Assembly (NCBI GenBank): GCA_040954595.2
Contig: CM082594.2
Span: 9,131,612-9,195,611 of the forward strand
Source: Balanoglossus misakiensis
Taxonomy: Eukaryota; Animalia; Hemichordata
Direction: 5' to 3'
Length of the DNA: 64,000 bases
This document shows positions 27,701 to 41,602 of this stretch, one piece after another. How positions within the stretch are numbered: the stretch's first letter is position 1; each line of letters opens with the position of its first letter. Below the pieces are notes generated by a model. It was not told the origin of the DNA. It searched no databases and was given only the letters and a program-made list of their open reading frames with translations. The position numbers were made by a program, and so were the translations under genes.

Positions 27701-30700
27701 CCTCTAAAAATCATATATCGACTCAAACTACGGACAGGCCTGACAAGAATGTTATCGTTGGTTGACATCGTCATGTCAGTCACATGTCATGACAACAACA
27801 GAAACCAGCCAGCCTTAAAACTTGGAGTAGCTGGGCCAAACAAATCAAGGAAATATCAAATATTGATTGTTGAATAGATTATTCATCAGTGAGGAATTCT
27901 TCAGAACATGTGGCCGTAACACCACCTGCATGTTACACAGTGATTTGAGCCGTGGCCATAAGCATGTCATTAAAGTCTGCCAACAACATCTGCTTCTTCA
28001 GGAAATCACATGCAAGGCCGTTTGTTCAGTCATTTTTTGTCCATCATGTTAGCTTAGTCTGATCTAATTTGACCTCTGTCATGTATTCAAATGAATCCCT
28101 AATACTCATTAAAACCATCCATTCCCGTCTGGTGTGTCCAACAGTCTGAAAAGTTGGCAAAACCAGGCTTCCATTATAATTTCATTTTATTCATCTTCTG
28201 ATTCTAAATTCTTTTTGGACTGATGATGACTGACAGAATAGATTTGAAGTTTGACCTCACAACTTTCACTACACATCAGAAACTGATGAACATTGTGCCT
28301 AGATGGATCTCTTACATGACATTTCCTTGTCTACATTCAAGATGGCATAATTGCGAGAAGACAAATATCCTGACAGTTGATATTTCACAAAAAATTGAAA
28401 TTCTGAAAACGTGCTGTCAATTTTTTTTTATTCTTTTCATACATCCAGTCTACACTTGAAGATTTTGCAATAGTCATGACTAGTTTATCTTTGGATACTT
28501 AATAATGGATGTCAAGGTTGAAATTTGTCATATATCAAACATAGATAACAACCAAAATGGACTGTAAAAACCCACTTCGACATTTTGCCATTTCTATTTA
28601 TAGCCAAGATTGTGAAATGGCAATAAATGAGCTGTGTGACACCCCTCTATTAATGCAAAAATGGCTTTTTATTAAACAAATAGACTTTTATGAATTATAT
28701 TCTTTGCTAATGAATACCACTGTGCGAAATGGATTACGGCTAGCTTTATCATCACCAGGGCTGCAAGATAAGCTGATGCAGCAACCGCGGTTTTTCCATT
28801 AAGATGTACGTCAGTCAGTGAAATGTGCAGATAACATAGTGCTTTTATTGTCACCATTTGGCGGTACTTGCAAAATGCCATGACTGATAGTAAAATACGG
28901 GGGAGATGTAATGTCTAATCGAAAAGGCTGGGTCAAAGACACCCTGTGCTTACAAAGTCTGGAGAATCAACTGAAAATCATTTTAATTCTCCTGAATTTA
29001 TTGAGGGATAAAACATCAAATTTACCTCAATAACTTCTCTCTCTTCTCCAGTCTATGATCTTAGCTTAATGATTGTCCAACTAATTTCTCAAAAAAATCC
29101 ATTGATTTAGTACTCATTTTTTTCACAAACTGTTAGTGAGCAAATAGTTTCATTCAAAATAGTGCTCCGTGCAAATGGAAACATTGAAAGGGAAAAAATA
29201 CTGATCAAAGAGCATAAATTCTCTGACAAATTGCTGACTGGAAGCCACCCTTGCATATTTATGTCTAAGCGTGCCCCCTGCCGATACAGCCAGATAATGA
29301 AAACAGCAGAGTCTTATAAAATATGAATTCCCAGCATGATAAGATTGGAGTGATTTTCCACCATAACTTTATGAGAGTAAACTATTGTAATAACTCATGC
29401 GAGAATAAATCTAGACCATAGCAATTACAAAGTGGTAATAATGTTTTGCATTCAATATTTCAAAAATCATTTTTCCATGGTTCAGCCGTCTTGATTAATA
29501 AAAGACAGTAATATCACCCTGAATAATTCATTGGCTGTACCAGAGCAGATTCCAACTCTATAACTTCTCTGAGTCATTATACCACAAATATAAAACCGAG
29601 AGTTGAACACATTTTACACAATTGGAATGCCCTTTTCAATTCTGATCAGTTCTCTCCTTTTCGTTCACCATCTTCTAAAAGTTTACGTGTGCAACCAGAA
29701 TAAAAACCTTCCACAACAAGAACAAGATGGCAGATGTCATTCATCATTTTGTGGGCCTTGCCCTCTTCCCAAACCCATCGAATACATTAAACTAGAGACA
29801 TTAACTAGCGTCTTACCAGTGCTTTCTAAATGTATAAAGCATTTGCTGGTGCTAATATCTCATGGCCTAATTGGGCCTTTTAACACCTCGGGCACAACCA
29901 CGTCAACCACTCTCCTTTTGGATGGCTTTCATATTAAAGGCACTGGCGAATAAAAGGGGTGCATGGAAACCGTGTATGAAACACCTGGAACAGATACTCT
30001 TGATGATTTGATTTGATTTTTTTCTTTTAACCTGAGATTGTGTTTTTTTTTATCAAGATTGGCAGATAAATCTCAGCAATCCAGTTCTCAAGGGCACCTA
30101 GTGTTGTTCACCTTGACAACACTGGAGCAAATCTTCAAAGAAACTATAAGCCAGAAATTGGGTAGCATGCCACGAATACTACACTAATTGGCTTTCTATA
30201 AGTTTTCAGAGGTTTAAGTTGAAAACGTGACTGAATTGGCTGACTCCTAAAGAAGTAAAAGAATTAAATGTGCAGGTTTTGTTCAGAGATTGATTAATAC
30301 CAATCAGCTGTTCATCTCTTACACCACTATGGAGTCTAACAAATTTTTGTCATACATACAGAATTTATCAATTTTTTTTTACTAAAACAACCTGTTCACC
30401 CTATAGTTCCCTGTTGCATAATCCATTGACAATAGTATCTCTACTCTAAAGACATACAAGGGGTGTTTATGCTTCGTGAAATTATTTGCTTTTTCATCGA
30501 TCACGTGATCGACGAAAATGCTGGGGCAACTACCGTATATGCACAGATTGGCTACAGGGACATGTGATCATGATTGAAAGCAGCCTTGAAGGTAATTCTA
30601 GCATCAAAAAACCAAAGCTTGATTCAAATTGTCAACCATCTCCACAACTGGTGGATAATTGTGCCGATAAACAAAGTTATTTCTCAGGCTATAGGGAATA

Positions 30701-31707
30701 AACTGTTTCCAATTAACAGTATTTGTAAAGTGTAAGCAAAAATGATGAGGAAGAACTGTACTCCAGGCATTTTGATTACCGTGGCGACCAGAAATGAGTC
30801 GGTTATGATGCAGTGATGTTTGTTTGACACTTTCCTGCATGGGATTGATTTCTGAATTTCAGTCGTTCCACGGTTATGAATAAATCAAGTGACCGGGAGG
30901 GGTCCACACCTGTACAGCTCACGACACAGTGACAACAATACTTGATATCAAGTACTGAAATGTGGTGTTCGGTCAATATGAACCCTGATTTGGTATTTAC
31001 CACTGTGGAAAAAGTCCCAGAACTGATTTAATGAATTATAAAACCACCATTTTTACATTTATATGTACAATTGCAGTTTGTATCATGCATGTATGTGATG
31101 TTCAAGCATGTATGTGATATATCTGCAGCACTGTAGTTTTCTGCATGAGACTGACTCCTTAACAGTCGCATATCCACGGGTCTCTGTAACCCAGTATGCC
31201 GCTGGCACTCGGAGGCACTGACATGATCTGATTTCAATCCAATCAGAATGGACTATTAAGTCTCTATTATGTAACAGATGTGGTTTTTCACAGCCAATTA
31301 AGTTACCATGGCAATGCATGCAATTTGGCCAGTAGATTACATGCTGCCTGGCAACCGACTTGAAGAGAAAGAAAGACTAATTGAACTTCATTTCCAACTA
31401 GTTTAAGTTTTACTCAGATAATTACAGGAACACTAACGATTGGATGAAAAACATGCAGGATATTACTATGAATTTCTAAGCTGTGACCGTTGCCTTCTTC
31501 ATAATGAGAAATTCTTGGCAACACCTACAGTGCAAGACATAATAACATTACTTTGTGTGCCATGCAGTTTCCAGGCCATTATTGTGACGTCAAATTCAAC
31601 TGGTTGCTATGAGCTGGGATAACTTCATCAGTTTTACGCATTAAAGTTAATGGCCCAATACTGGGACACCCTCTAGGCAGTTAGAATCTTTAAGATGCCC
31701 TTTACAA

Positions 31708-31812
31708 TATGTACCTGTATATGTTTGGTATATATGTATAAAGTATGTATACCGTATGTGTTTGTGTACATGTATGTGTATACTATGAATGTATGTATGT
31801 ATGTATGTGAAT
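31708..31812. repeat. Degenerate (TATG)n microsatellite
   Basis: Repeated tatg/tgta units ending in atgtatgtatgtatgtatgtga. Confidence 0.85.
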
Positions 31813-34800
31813 GTCTGGGTATAAACATCACTTTGCATATGTGACAGATAACCACCTGTTGACTGTTTACTGTTTGTGGGCAATGGATGTAGAGAACACA
31901 TTAAACCTTTCTAGAATTTTAGATGAACACTACAAGAGATAAAAGCTCTGGTTGATTAGTTGAAAGTAATATTTTAGGTATGAGTCACAATGGCTATAAC
32001 TGCAAATTTAAGAATTAAAAAAAAATTGACACATTTGTTTATCTTCACTGCAGATGATATATTGTGAGTAAAGTGATGTTGTGCAGATGAAGAAATAAGA
32101 TATATCTCAGAACAATTCTTCCCAGTGGACATATGTGTCATAGGAAACACTTTATCTGGAATTTAGCGGGTTCCTGTTCAGGATAGGGCAGATCAAAATC
32201 AGATCATCACATTTTATGACCGTTTTACTGCAAAACATCAAGTTAAAATGGCTGATTTGGCCAGCTGAATATCATACGACGAAGCCATTGACAAATTTGC
32301 AAAAAATTGAGGGATTGTTATCAAGTGCAAATACGGCACTGCCACGTGTCGCTCCTAAAATAATAGATACCCCACAATCTGGTCACCATGGAAATCAGTC
32401 AGGGGGAGACCAATGGATTATGGGTATTGCAGAGGGAAGCCATTACAATCTCTTTTGAGAAAATGCTATACACACTTCAGGGTCACAGAATTTTACATCC
32501 AATATATGAAAATTGTCCATATACTATGAAAATGGTAGAAAAAATAGAGAGCAATTGACACAATATTTGGGGTGACAAAATATTGTAATGGTGTAACACC
32601 CAAACAATTTTTTCATGGTATATGATATTGCAGATTTACTACTGATTTTCTCACAAACCCTGTCAATGTATGTACACTGATACCTAATTTAGCCACTTTG
32701 TTGACTGTTCGGGTCAAACTGATCATATTAAAATGTCCTTGGCATTCTAATTTAAGTAGCTGCTAGTCAAAAGGAGAAGAACTCCTCCTACACTGCATCA
32801 ATAGAAACTAAGATTTCTGACAAATCTGAAAGCGACGTGCCCAGTTAGTGGTCGGCTGCTTTTGAGTAGAAATGGAGACGAAATTAACATTGTGTTGATA
32901 AATGAAAAGTGAAAGCACCAATTTATTTTTAAATTGAAGACTTTGCGATTTATCGCAACGTCAAATCTGCACTAAGGTTTGCGTAAAACTGAATGGATTT
33001 TTAAGGTCTGTCTCCCTAGAGTCCAACTTTATTACTTCTGTCGACTCTCCACTTGGCATCATATTTTCCAACTCATGTGGCTGTCATTTACAAATGTTCT
33101 TTTCTGAGTTATTGCATCTTTACTGGCAAAACCACGCTTCTCCTACAGGATTAGAAAACACATTAGACTAAGATGCTAAAACTTCAAATTCATTAAAACT
33201 CTTTATAGCTGCGAAACTGATTGAAATGGTAGGTTTATCCTTCCGATCGCTGAGAGCCAGATGTTTTTGATAACTGAACATCTCTAGATTTCCTGATCAG
33301 CGGCTGTTGTGAACGTCAGAATGGAAAGATGCCCAGTCGGTGTTGTTTTCCAAGATGAAGCCTGACACAGCGAGGCAAGCCCTCAATCTCTGTGATGACA
33401 TCTGATAAAAGGGTGATTTTTGCCAGTGGGCGATCGATAAGCAGTTTAATCTCACCAAGAACTTGAATTTCACAGGTTGCTATCGAAGTCATGGATAAAT
33501 TTCACTATACAATTACATGTACTGCAATTGGAGACCTGCCTGCCTCTCAGAATTCTCCGTCCATAAATTAATGTGATTAAACTTGTTGGTTATAGAAACG
33601 CACAAGTCCTAACTTTCTATGTGCTCAGGAAATCCATCACAGAAATTAGGGGAGCTGCCGCATTAATTCAATTAATTTCATGAATTCTGTAAATATTAAA
33701 TAAGCTTCTACATGCACCAAGAAATGAAGTTCGCTGGATCTATGGTTTACAATGAATGAGTTAGACTACACGGCTGCAGCCAAGGGCTGGGAATAATAAC
33801 AAGAAAGCAATCCTGAAATAATACAGACTCAGTCTGAGTCAGATAATGTTCAAATCCATGACTATTGCATTTTACATATAACTACATACTCGCATGGGGG
33901 AATTAAAGTGAAAGTGATTTTAACACCTTCTCATGACATCAATCTCATTTGCTTCAACCCAGGAAAAACACCAATTCACACACAACAACCACAGCTTGTG
34001 GTACGCTGGCTAGCTAGGCCCTCATTGTATGGCAATAAATATTGTGCAAAAATGTACTTTCACGGTATTCCACTACATTTTGTAAACAGGAGCTATATAT
34101 GTTGCCAGTGCAAGCATGAAATGTAATACATTTTCAAAAGCAATGTAAAGCCACTGTAAGTAGAAGTGCCATTATCTGGCTGCATTATCAAAAAGTGCAA
34201 TAATATGGCGACGTGTTCAGTGTTTCTGAGTTTGTATTCATCCTACCCATCAGAATGTAAACAGTGCCTGTCCATCGTTTGTTCAACTCTTGATTAACGT
34301 CTCACAAAAAGAAGCTGATAGCTTTTCAACATTTACATTAGCGTGTGCCTAAAATTACTTTCAGAGAACTGATCAGGCAGATTTTATCTGGTGGCAAAAT
34401 TACTTAATTTTGACATCATCTGCATTGCAAGCAACGTCGGGGTGTTATCGATAAGTTATGACTGAGCCCGCTTTCCATTAATGAAGGCATGTCAGTAAAG
34501 TCTTCGAGCAGACCACATATAATGGTTTCTATCTTAAGCACTATTTTTAATGACCAAGATTTTCAACCAACACTGTGGGGCAAGATAATAGGCAGATATG
34601 TGTTCACAATGCCGTGTTGATATAGGGTATATATTTGCAAGGAATATTATCTCAATTCATTTCTTATCATTTTATCCAAGTACCGTATATCAATCGTTAT
34701 TCAGTTCTCCTCGCTTCCAAACACGAAAATTTTAAAAATTGCATCTTTGTCAGACTCGAATAACCCCAAGATGTTAGTTAAATGACATATACACACACAA

Positions 34801-35790
34801 AAAGCAATCTTTAGTGGAGACATGAAGTCTTGAAGGTGTAATTTATTGCAAACTGAAACAGATGAAAACATGGCACACAGCCAATCAATGCCATGTTAAC
34901 AATACAATATATAGCCGTAGTCGGCCATGACGGTTTTTTACCACCAGAGAGAGTAATTAGACTTCGATTCCACTGTGGGTTGCTCGCAATTTGCATCTAG
35001 GTCAAGCATGAAAGTAGACAGACAAGGAAAAAACGAGACAGAATGATCTCAACAACTGCAGAATAGTCAACCACAGTTAGTCAAATATGGCCCCTATGGA
35101 GACTAAGTCTGCCCGTTTGAACAGGAGTGTGATGTGTGCGTCTTGAGAATATCAAACTGAGTGACAAGCAGATGGTAGATGTAGACGCTAGTCAGACTAA
35201 ACTGAGCATGATAAAGGAGCTGGGCTTGCTTATTTTCAAGAATTCACACATTTCAGGTGATGTGCATCGCGTTCAGAAAACTGTCTCTGTCCTCGCACCT
35301 ATTAAGGATGGAAATGAATAAAAGCTTTGACACGTCACTGTTTGAAGTGCGTACAACACAGAAAGAAAATTACTTAGGAAACTGCTGAAAGTTATACACA
35401 TAGAAGGTGCAGTTTAAAAACTTGAATGAATGCTGTGGATTTTTCAGGGACATGTCCCATTTTTTCCCAATGATACGTGGGCTTTTCACAGGTCTCAATG
35501 CGCAGCCTTGGAGAGTTTAATAAATTCCCAAAAGGCCAGGCTGATCAAGGGAAATTAGCATACAGATTGGGGAGGTTAGCAACCCTGACATCAAGAATCA
35601 TCATTTGTAGGCGTATCAGCTCCGTTTCTTAAAAAGCCGATTACTTTGACTCAAAACATAAAAACTTGTCATTGGTTTCCCCTTTTATGTGGTAACAATA
35701 TTTAATCTTGTTATATATGTCCACAGCTATAGCCTCTGAAATGAGAATGATTATGAAAAATATTTGATTACACCACTTGATAGGCACGTT

Positions 35791-35866
35791 AGATTTTGAC
35801 TTACAAATTGTGATGGTATAAATTCAAGATTTTGACTTACAAAACAGAATCATGGTATGAATTTAA
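35791..35866. repeat. Imperfect tandem duplication (about 36-40 bp unit)
   Basis: agattttgacttacaaa...atggtat(a/g)aatt starts at 35791 and again at 35827. Confidence 0.8.
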
Positions 35867-38168
35867 AATGCTTTTATCCTAAGTGATTCCCTCCTTGCCA
35901 AACAGTAAAAATGTTTAAAACAACACTGTCTTGGCTAAACTCAAATCAAAACAATCCACTGAATGTTCAGTACATATACTGACAAGTTTAAAGTTGAAAC
36001 ACTATTATCAATGCCAGAATTATATAAGAACACACTTTTTCTTGTAGATGTACAAAGTATTTCTTTGGCTTAAATCTAATTCAATTATTCATACATGAAT
36101 CATGTTTATGTGGCCACAGCAACTTATGAGTGAATGAAATCTGATGGAGCAATTCGATGTCGTCGATTTGCAGCCCTTTCCCAGGTAGCCCAGCACACCG
36201 TGTGTCATCACCCTGACAGCCAAATTTGAATATCAATTCAGGTCATGTGAAATGAATGCTAATGATCAACATGGAAAGGTGTGACCACCCACTTGCAAAA
36301 CTGCCCATTTTCTACTCTTGAAAGACGACATCATCAAACTCATTCATGCTCAAATTGTGGTATTGTGTCTGTAAGGAACACAAATTCATGTTGATAATAG
36401 CCCCAATTATGAACACTTTGCTATGAATCTGATTTCTGCAGGACCATGTACTGGGTGCTTTTCAAAAAAGACTTGGAGCTCTTAGAAGCAACCAAGTCAA
36501 CACACTTTTTACATTCTGTATGGTAAAACGTAGGGCATGACAGTATTCCATTTCCAACCAAGGACTTGCCCAGAGTCTTTTAATACTTAACTTCAAAGCT
36601 GACATGTACAACTATAATCTTTTCATTGTTAAAAAATCAACATTTCCTTGAGAGAGAACTTTTCAAGTTGGCATATGACATTTTTATTTCAACAATTTGA
36701 TTCTGATTAATAATTCAAACAATAAATGGATATGACCTGGTTGGGCCAGAAACTGAACGCAGCAGCTACAAAAAAGCACTTTGACTTAAATAGTAGTGCA
36801 GGAAAACAGTCATAAAAATGGCCTTGATGTATTCATTACAAATGGGCCAAAATGGCTGGCCAAGGAAAGGGGTGATATAATTAGGGTGAAGGAAATGATC
36901 CAACTCCATCTGGGCAAATTGCCGTCATGGCTGAGCAAACGTGTGAAAACAACTTCCCCCTGAAAAGATCTCTCTTACATTTGATGGATTGGATGACTTA
37001 ACGCCAGCTGTAATGTGTAGGTAACATTAAGTAATATATGCGTTGGAAACATTAAGTAATACGTGGGTCACTAAAAGCAGACAGCCATGTTGTGATGTGC
37101 TGTATGGATTTACAGAACATGGAATTATGGGTACCTGACGTCTACACTGTGATGTTCAGAAATAGTTCAAAGCTACTACATGAACAAATTGCAATGTCCA
37201 AAATGGGACAAGTTCAGAGTCCGATAATGTTCATTTCACCCTGGGATCCAAAGTGGTATCAACGGTAACCAAAATAGCACCGTTATCATCTGTGGAAGCA
37301 TTCTATGATTACAGCGCCTGAGCTCGGAGTTCAACATCACCACACATGCCCACACGAGGGATGTGTTCAGAATTAGAACAGGAAACTCAGTGATGTGTGA
37401 ATAACTGTAGGTGGAACTCTCGCAGAATGAATGGCTTGCGATGATTTACGAGCAGCCTCACAGCTCTACAGATGCTACCTTTTAATACGTTTTAATCGAG
37501 CAGCATCGGACAGACGATCCTGAGAACTGACATTTTGTTTGCTGTCTGCCGAGAGCCTGCACACACTCAGTTGGCAGGATGCCCGGCAAAGACGCTGTCA
37601 CATTCGATTTAGGATCCCTTTAAATGGCACTCACTTTGATGAAACAGGAAAGGGCATTCTTCTTTAAGCCAATGTTTAGAGAAACAGGAAATAGTAACTC
37701 AAGCATTCCATAAAATTTCGCAAAAAGGCTTTTGCTAATCATGTCCAGTCATTTGGCAGAATCTTAATTCCTTCTTGTAATTGAGACTGACTTGTGTCTA
37801 AAACACTTCTTCTCATTATTTCAGCAAGTGATGAATTTGTCTACTTTCTACCTTACATTTACTCTCATGAGAACAATGGAAGTTAAATATTTTAAAAGAT
37901 AACATGCAGGTGTGAGTAAAAACCAGTTCAAAGGTAAAAGAGCACTTTCATCAATGTGACTAGTCTTGGATCTTCAATTTTATGGTAACGTAATATTCTA
38001 CATTGTCAGCACTATCAAAAACAGTGTATCAGTGATTTTTGCAGACACATTTTTTTGATAATTTCTTTGTCTCACCCAGAGTCAGAGACAGCAGCTGACA
38101 GATATTGCCATCAATCTGTATTTCATGCAAAATAATTTTAAGTAATATGACAGTTCTATTAGTTTGGT

Positions 38169-38262
38169 TTAACCCTTTCACCCCATTTCCCTCTGTAGAA
38201 ATATCCAACTTCACCATAGAAAACAATGAAGTTGGAGCAAACCATGGTGGTGAAAGGGAATA
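38169..38262 (+). mobile_element. About 94-bp MITE with TTAA flank and CCCTTTCACC...GGTGAAAGGG terminal inverted repeats (piggyBac-like ends)
   Basis: ttaaccctttcacccc...aaaccatggtggtgaaaggg(aata). The 10-bp TIRs are exact complements and the element is colinear with 57258-57350. The right TTAA is decayed. Confidence 0.8.
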
Positions 38263-41200
38263 TCTTCTACTGCTGCTAAGATTCGAGTACTTGTATGCAG
38301 GTAGTTGCTGCCTTATCTATTAAACTCCTTAACCAAGGATCTTGTAAGGATGCCCGTAGTTTGTGATTGCTTTGTCGAAATGGATTTTGAAGGAGGAATT
38401 CAAGTCATTTCAGACTCTATTGGTCTGACACTCTTAACTACGCCGCTGAACAAAGATTTAACCCTGTGTGTCAAGATCTTTTGCAATTCCATTTCAGTGG
38501 CTGCACAGCGGAAGTATACTGATTACAGTTGTTTTTTCACAATTTGCAAACGTTTTCCATTTTTTTCATCGTAAGATATCGCACCATGCATCCGATGTAG
38601 AACTTGAATCTACTTTAATTTCACTTAAATTTTTTAGTATTTCTACACAATGGGTGGACAGACTGTTCACAAACTAGATAGGAAGATTTCCTGGTTCAAA
38701 ATCAATTTCCGTCCAGCTCTTTTACAATCACGACTGCAGTAATGAAAAGGACCATGGAAAGAAAGTAACCACTGAAATGGCTTTCATCCTGGTTCCTTTA
38801 ATACAAAATCAAATTACAGACTTGCATCGTCTTGTGTGACTGCTACTGTGTGTTTTAACAAAAACACACACGTTGATTGAAAAGGCAAAGCTTGTAGGAT
38901 AAAACACAGGAAAGTTGCTTTTTCCATTAGTTCTTGTTGATTGCCAGTTAATTTAATCTAGGAATCTCATGGAAGGAAACAAAAACAGCTTGCAACACTT
39001 GTTATAGGTTGTGTGAAAGGAACATGTGGTGATAGGCTTTAAAATCCACAAGTCTTTTTTTTTCGAAGTATAAAGGCTGGATTGGGTTTCTTTCTGGGAA
39101 TGACTGTATTAGGCTTATGTGTTCAATTTTGAATGGAATTCTTAGAGAATCTGATCTGCAGTGTACAGTAAGGCTGCTTGTTGTGTCTCCTTCAAAGTTT
39201 GTGACAGTATTACTACTGACAGATCTTGTAATCTGTTTTCAGATTAAACCAGGCATATATATGCATACACACACAAAGACAAGTTGAAATAATTTCATGT
39301 TTCTGTGAGTCCTAATATTTTGTCAAAATATATATATACCTGAACTTAAAGTAACAAATTAATCGCAAATGAAAATATTTTGAAATCAATCCCAAATACT
39401 TTAGATTGGTTCCCCATTTTTTAATTACCCAGATTTCTTTTCAACAATTCTCAAAAGCTGCAATTCTGTGCAAAAACAAGTTCAACCAATATATAAAGCT
39501 TAAATGCAGGGGCGTTGGCTGTGCGCATTTTCTCCCCAAGTAACAAGAGCAGCATTGATCTTTAGTAAAGTTGGCATTCAATGACCTCGTTTGAGAAGGC
39601 GTCTTTGTATTGGCGCAGCTGAAGAGTCATTGAGGCAGCTTAAAAAAAAAATTGTTGCAAAAATCATCAACCAGACACGTTTTCTTTGTTTTATGTTTTT
39701 CAAAAATATACACAGCGTGACAGAGTGCTTTTCATATCATAATGTAGATGTTGTATACACACTACATGATTGAAATGCCCGCAGGCTGTATCTTAATGCA
39801 AGTGTTCTCCAAACAAACATTATGGGTTGATTCTGACATGAATTATAAACCCAATTTCACTGGACAATTTGGGGGATTTCACAATTTGAAGACATGTGGT
39901 CAGATTACAAGAATAGCTGTGCAGCATCAGCATCTATTGATATTTGCACAGTGCTAATTCTCCCCCTGTTGGTCAACAAATTTCATAAGATTTATTAATT
40001 TTTAAATATTACATCACTATTTTTTGCAGAAGAATTTTCCAGCAAATAAACAGCAGTATAAGAAGATCATTGCAACTCTGTGATGCTGAACCAAACAAAG
40101 TCACCCCACAGTAATCCAATCCCTTTAATAAATGCAACATCAGGCAGTTCTTACTAACACACTCAGTCTTTTTAAGGGGAGAGGAGATTAACTAGAATGA
40201 GTAACCTAGGGAGCCTTAGAACAAGAGCGACAGAAAAACATGCAGAACATGTAAATGTTACCACGGGTGACAAATCCTGTTTTTTCCGTGTAATCTAATA
40301 AAAGAAATACACCAGGGTTGTAATTATGTCGGCTGTGAACACCTGACCACTGAGACTTGGACATATAATCTGCAGTCAGCCAAGCCAATCTCTCTCGGCT
40401 CCATACAAACCGGCTTAAGTTTTCCCCCTCCCCTCTGGCAAAGAAACGGTCTCAGGCATATAACCAAGGCTACCTGATTTTAAAGTTGTTACATCAGGCG
40501 CTTAAATTTTCTTCAGAACAAGAGATTTGGGAATAAATTTTAAAGTCGCTGTGCATTTTAATCTTTCGAAGTGCATAAATCTTAGAACACAGACTTAAAA
40601 GTACAATGTTTAAAGTTCCCAAGGTGTTGCTATACTCCACCATCATGGTGTTTAGGAGGTTTAAGTTGTCATATTTGACGGTATTCGTCAGCAATGGTAG
40701 AATTGTGGCAGGGAACCTGACTATTCATGTTGAACGTAATTCCCTAGTACATGTACTTTTCGCCCCTTTGCATTCTGGGTATTGCGTCCTTTTTTGCTCT
40801 TGTGTCAGACATCAGGCCACCGCAACGAGACTACATCATTTGTAACCAAGCAAAACCCCGCGACAAGAAATATTTTCCTTTGTGATTACTTCTTACTAAG
40901 AGAAAAGTTGGCATTTGCGAGATTTTAATGTATTAATTTAAAGAAATTAGTAACAGGGGAATTGAGCTCACTTGGCAACCATTACGCAGCTTTGTTGATT
41001 TTTTCCAGACTTGATATTTTAACTTGCCGCATGCAATATACAGTCTGGGAAAGACACACGACACCATCCTACAATTGGATTTGCTAGTGGTTATTAATAT
41101 TGTACAGACAAAATGTTCCTTCCCTTTTAACCGATTAATACTGAAGTCCCTGAAGTAATATAAAGGACGCGCACCATCTCAATTTCACTGAAAACAACTG

Positions 41201-41381
41201 AAATACCACTGTACTTCTTACTAGGGCATTTCTGAAGGTTGCAATGCGTATAATCTGAATTTATTCATCAATGATCAGTACAATGTGGCTTAGATATTAT
41301 TAAGAGTGTTCCTCTCATACAAGTAAACATGCTTGCTTCATACATGTAGTTTTGGTGTTCTGGTGGCACAATCATTGGGTT

Positions 41382-41602
41382 CATCTGATTGGCTGTGATT
41401 GGCCTGGTGTATTTTATCAGTGCCCTAGGGGTGCCATACTGAATAGGTCAGGGTGATAGCATGCATCGGTAGGAAAATCACATCTGACTGGCTGTGATTT
41501 GATTTTGGTATAATTGTAAGCAGCCGGGGGGTTTCTATTGAGAGTCTGTACAATCCTCTGATTGGCTATGATACTGGGATATTTATCAATGTCCTAGAGG
41601 GC
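41382..41602. repeat. Degenerate three-copy minisatellite with CTGATTGGCT (CCAAT-box) core
   Basis: catctgattggctgtgatt (41382), catctgactggctgtgatt (41481), cctctgattggctatgat (41555). Copies 1 and 3 also share downstream tttatca..g.cctag.gg. Confidence 0.7.

Noticed and set aside
29069-29090. miR-219-like start (tgattgtccaa)
   Set aside because: Only about 11 nt match and no complementary arm.
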